Source of the DNA: a bacterium
GTDB taxonomy: Bacteria; Planctomycetota; Planctomycetia; Isosphaerales; Isosphaeraceae
Assembly (NCBI GenBank): GCA_016125085.1
Contig: WGMM01000029.1
Span: 16,745-80,744, forward strand
DNA length: 64,000 nucleotides
Direction of reading: 5' to 3'
In this document: one piece after another, positions 63,337-64,000 of the stretch
Position numbering within the stretch: position 1 is the first letter of the stretch
Layout of the letters: each line of letters opens with the position of its first letter
Program-made: the position numbers and the translations under genes
Notes under the pieces: generated by a model
Told to the model about the DNA's origin: nothing
The model's database searches: none
Seen by the model: the letters and a program-made list of their open reading frames with translations, nothing else

Positions 63337-64000
63337 TCAACCGGTAATGCGATCGTCACGCCTTCTCCGCCAATACCATTTGTGCAGCTCCACGGCCGGC
63401 AAGATCGACAATGCCAGCCCGATCGCCACGCACCACATCGCGGGTGTCACCGGTTCGACGTGCAGGACCCGCTGAAACCACGGCGTATGCATCGCCATGA
63501 TATGCAGGCCGAGCGCCAGTGCCGCCCCGGCGACCAGCAGTGGATTCCTCAGTGGAGAAATACCGAGCGAACTCGCGTTTTCGCTCCTGCAATTTCCGAT
63601 ATGCACGTTTTCGAAAAGCACCATCAGGAGCAGCAGGTGATTCCGGGCCGATTCGACCGGATGTCCCGATTCGACCAGCGCCACGAAAAGGCCGAATCCC
63701 ACGCAACCCATTACGGCCGCGCCCACGGCGATCCGTTCGATCATCAACCGGTCGAAAATCGGCTCTGACGGCGGCCTTGGCGCACGCCGCATCACGTCGT
63801 CCTCGCTCGGTTCGAAGGCGAGAGCTTCGTCCTGAATGGCCTCGGTGGCCACATTCAGCCAGAGGAGTTGAAGCGGCAAAAGCGGCAGCGGATAGCCTCC
63901 GAGCATCGCCAGGATCACCAGCGCCAGCTCGCCGGCACCCGTCGAAACCAGCAGCACGATGACCTTGCGGATATTGTCGTAAGCGATCCGGCCCTCTTCC
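63337..64000 (-). CDS. P-type cation-transporting ATPase, C-terminal part (N-terminus beyond the right window edge)
   Basis: The frame stays open upstream of the track start to the window edge (...EEGRIAYDNIRKVIVLLVSTGAGELALVIL...). C-terminal TM helices and PLQLLWLNV are typical of P-type ATPases. Confidence 0.8.
   Translation of the reverse strand, partial: EEGRIAYDNIRKVIVLLVSTGAGELALVILAMLGGYPLPLLPLQLLWLNVATEAIQDEALAFEPSEDDVMRRAPRPPSEPIFDRLMIERIAVGAAVMGCVGFGLFVALVESGHPVESARNHLLLLMVLFENVHIGNCRSENASSLGISPLRNPLLVAGAALALGLHIMAMHTPWFQRVLHVEPVTPAMWCVAIGLALSILPAVELHKWYWRRRRDDRITG

Overview
This is a high-GC chromosomal window that looks planctomycete-like. The clues are a PVC-type CxxCH heme-binding protein, an ECF sigma factor paired with a Ser/Thr kinase, and LExRxLLS-type N-termini. 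All family calls come from reading translations and from memory of motifs; no searches were run.

Content from left to right:
- 1-13051(-): the first 4350 codons of a giant surface protein. The ORF track does not list it because it runs off the left edge. It has five tandem beta-helix modules followed by about 3.7 kb of an 11-residue (33-nt) tandem repeat.
- 13204-14376(-): a TIGR03032-like gene.
- 15548-19683(+): a TPR Ser/Thr kinase with a translationally coupled ECF sigma factor.
- 19.7-25.4 kb: an accessory island next to tRNA-Ala. Small + strand genes, two of them immunity-protein-like, are separated by junction elements built like integron attC sites. A tyrosine recombinase there is interrupted by an in-frame TAG.
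- 25.6-34.8 kb: PIG-L deacetylase, PP2C phosphatase, a second Ser/Thr kinase, Lhr helicase and a metallophosphoesterase.
- 34.8-39.3 kb: a heme-binding dehydrogenase-like protein and efp, whose tip residue 34 is Asn.
- 39.4-40.6 kb: two exported Cys-rich proteins. One is three near-perfect 35-residue repeats with 10 Cys each.
- 40.8-42.1 kb: a DUF4190 / CD225 / DUF2752 membrane trio.
- 42.4-64 kb: mostly housekeeping or exported enzymes. These include two M28 peptidases, an HExxH protein, a cytochrome b-Moco fusion, ABC-F, a nuclease-like protein, a 1176-residue secreted protein, a di-heme oxidoreductase, an esterase and a partial P-type ATPase.

The strongest candidates for something new are the attC-like cassette array, the 11-mer repeat stalk, and the exported CC-rich repeat protein.
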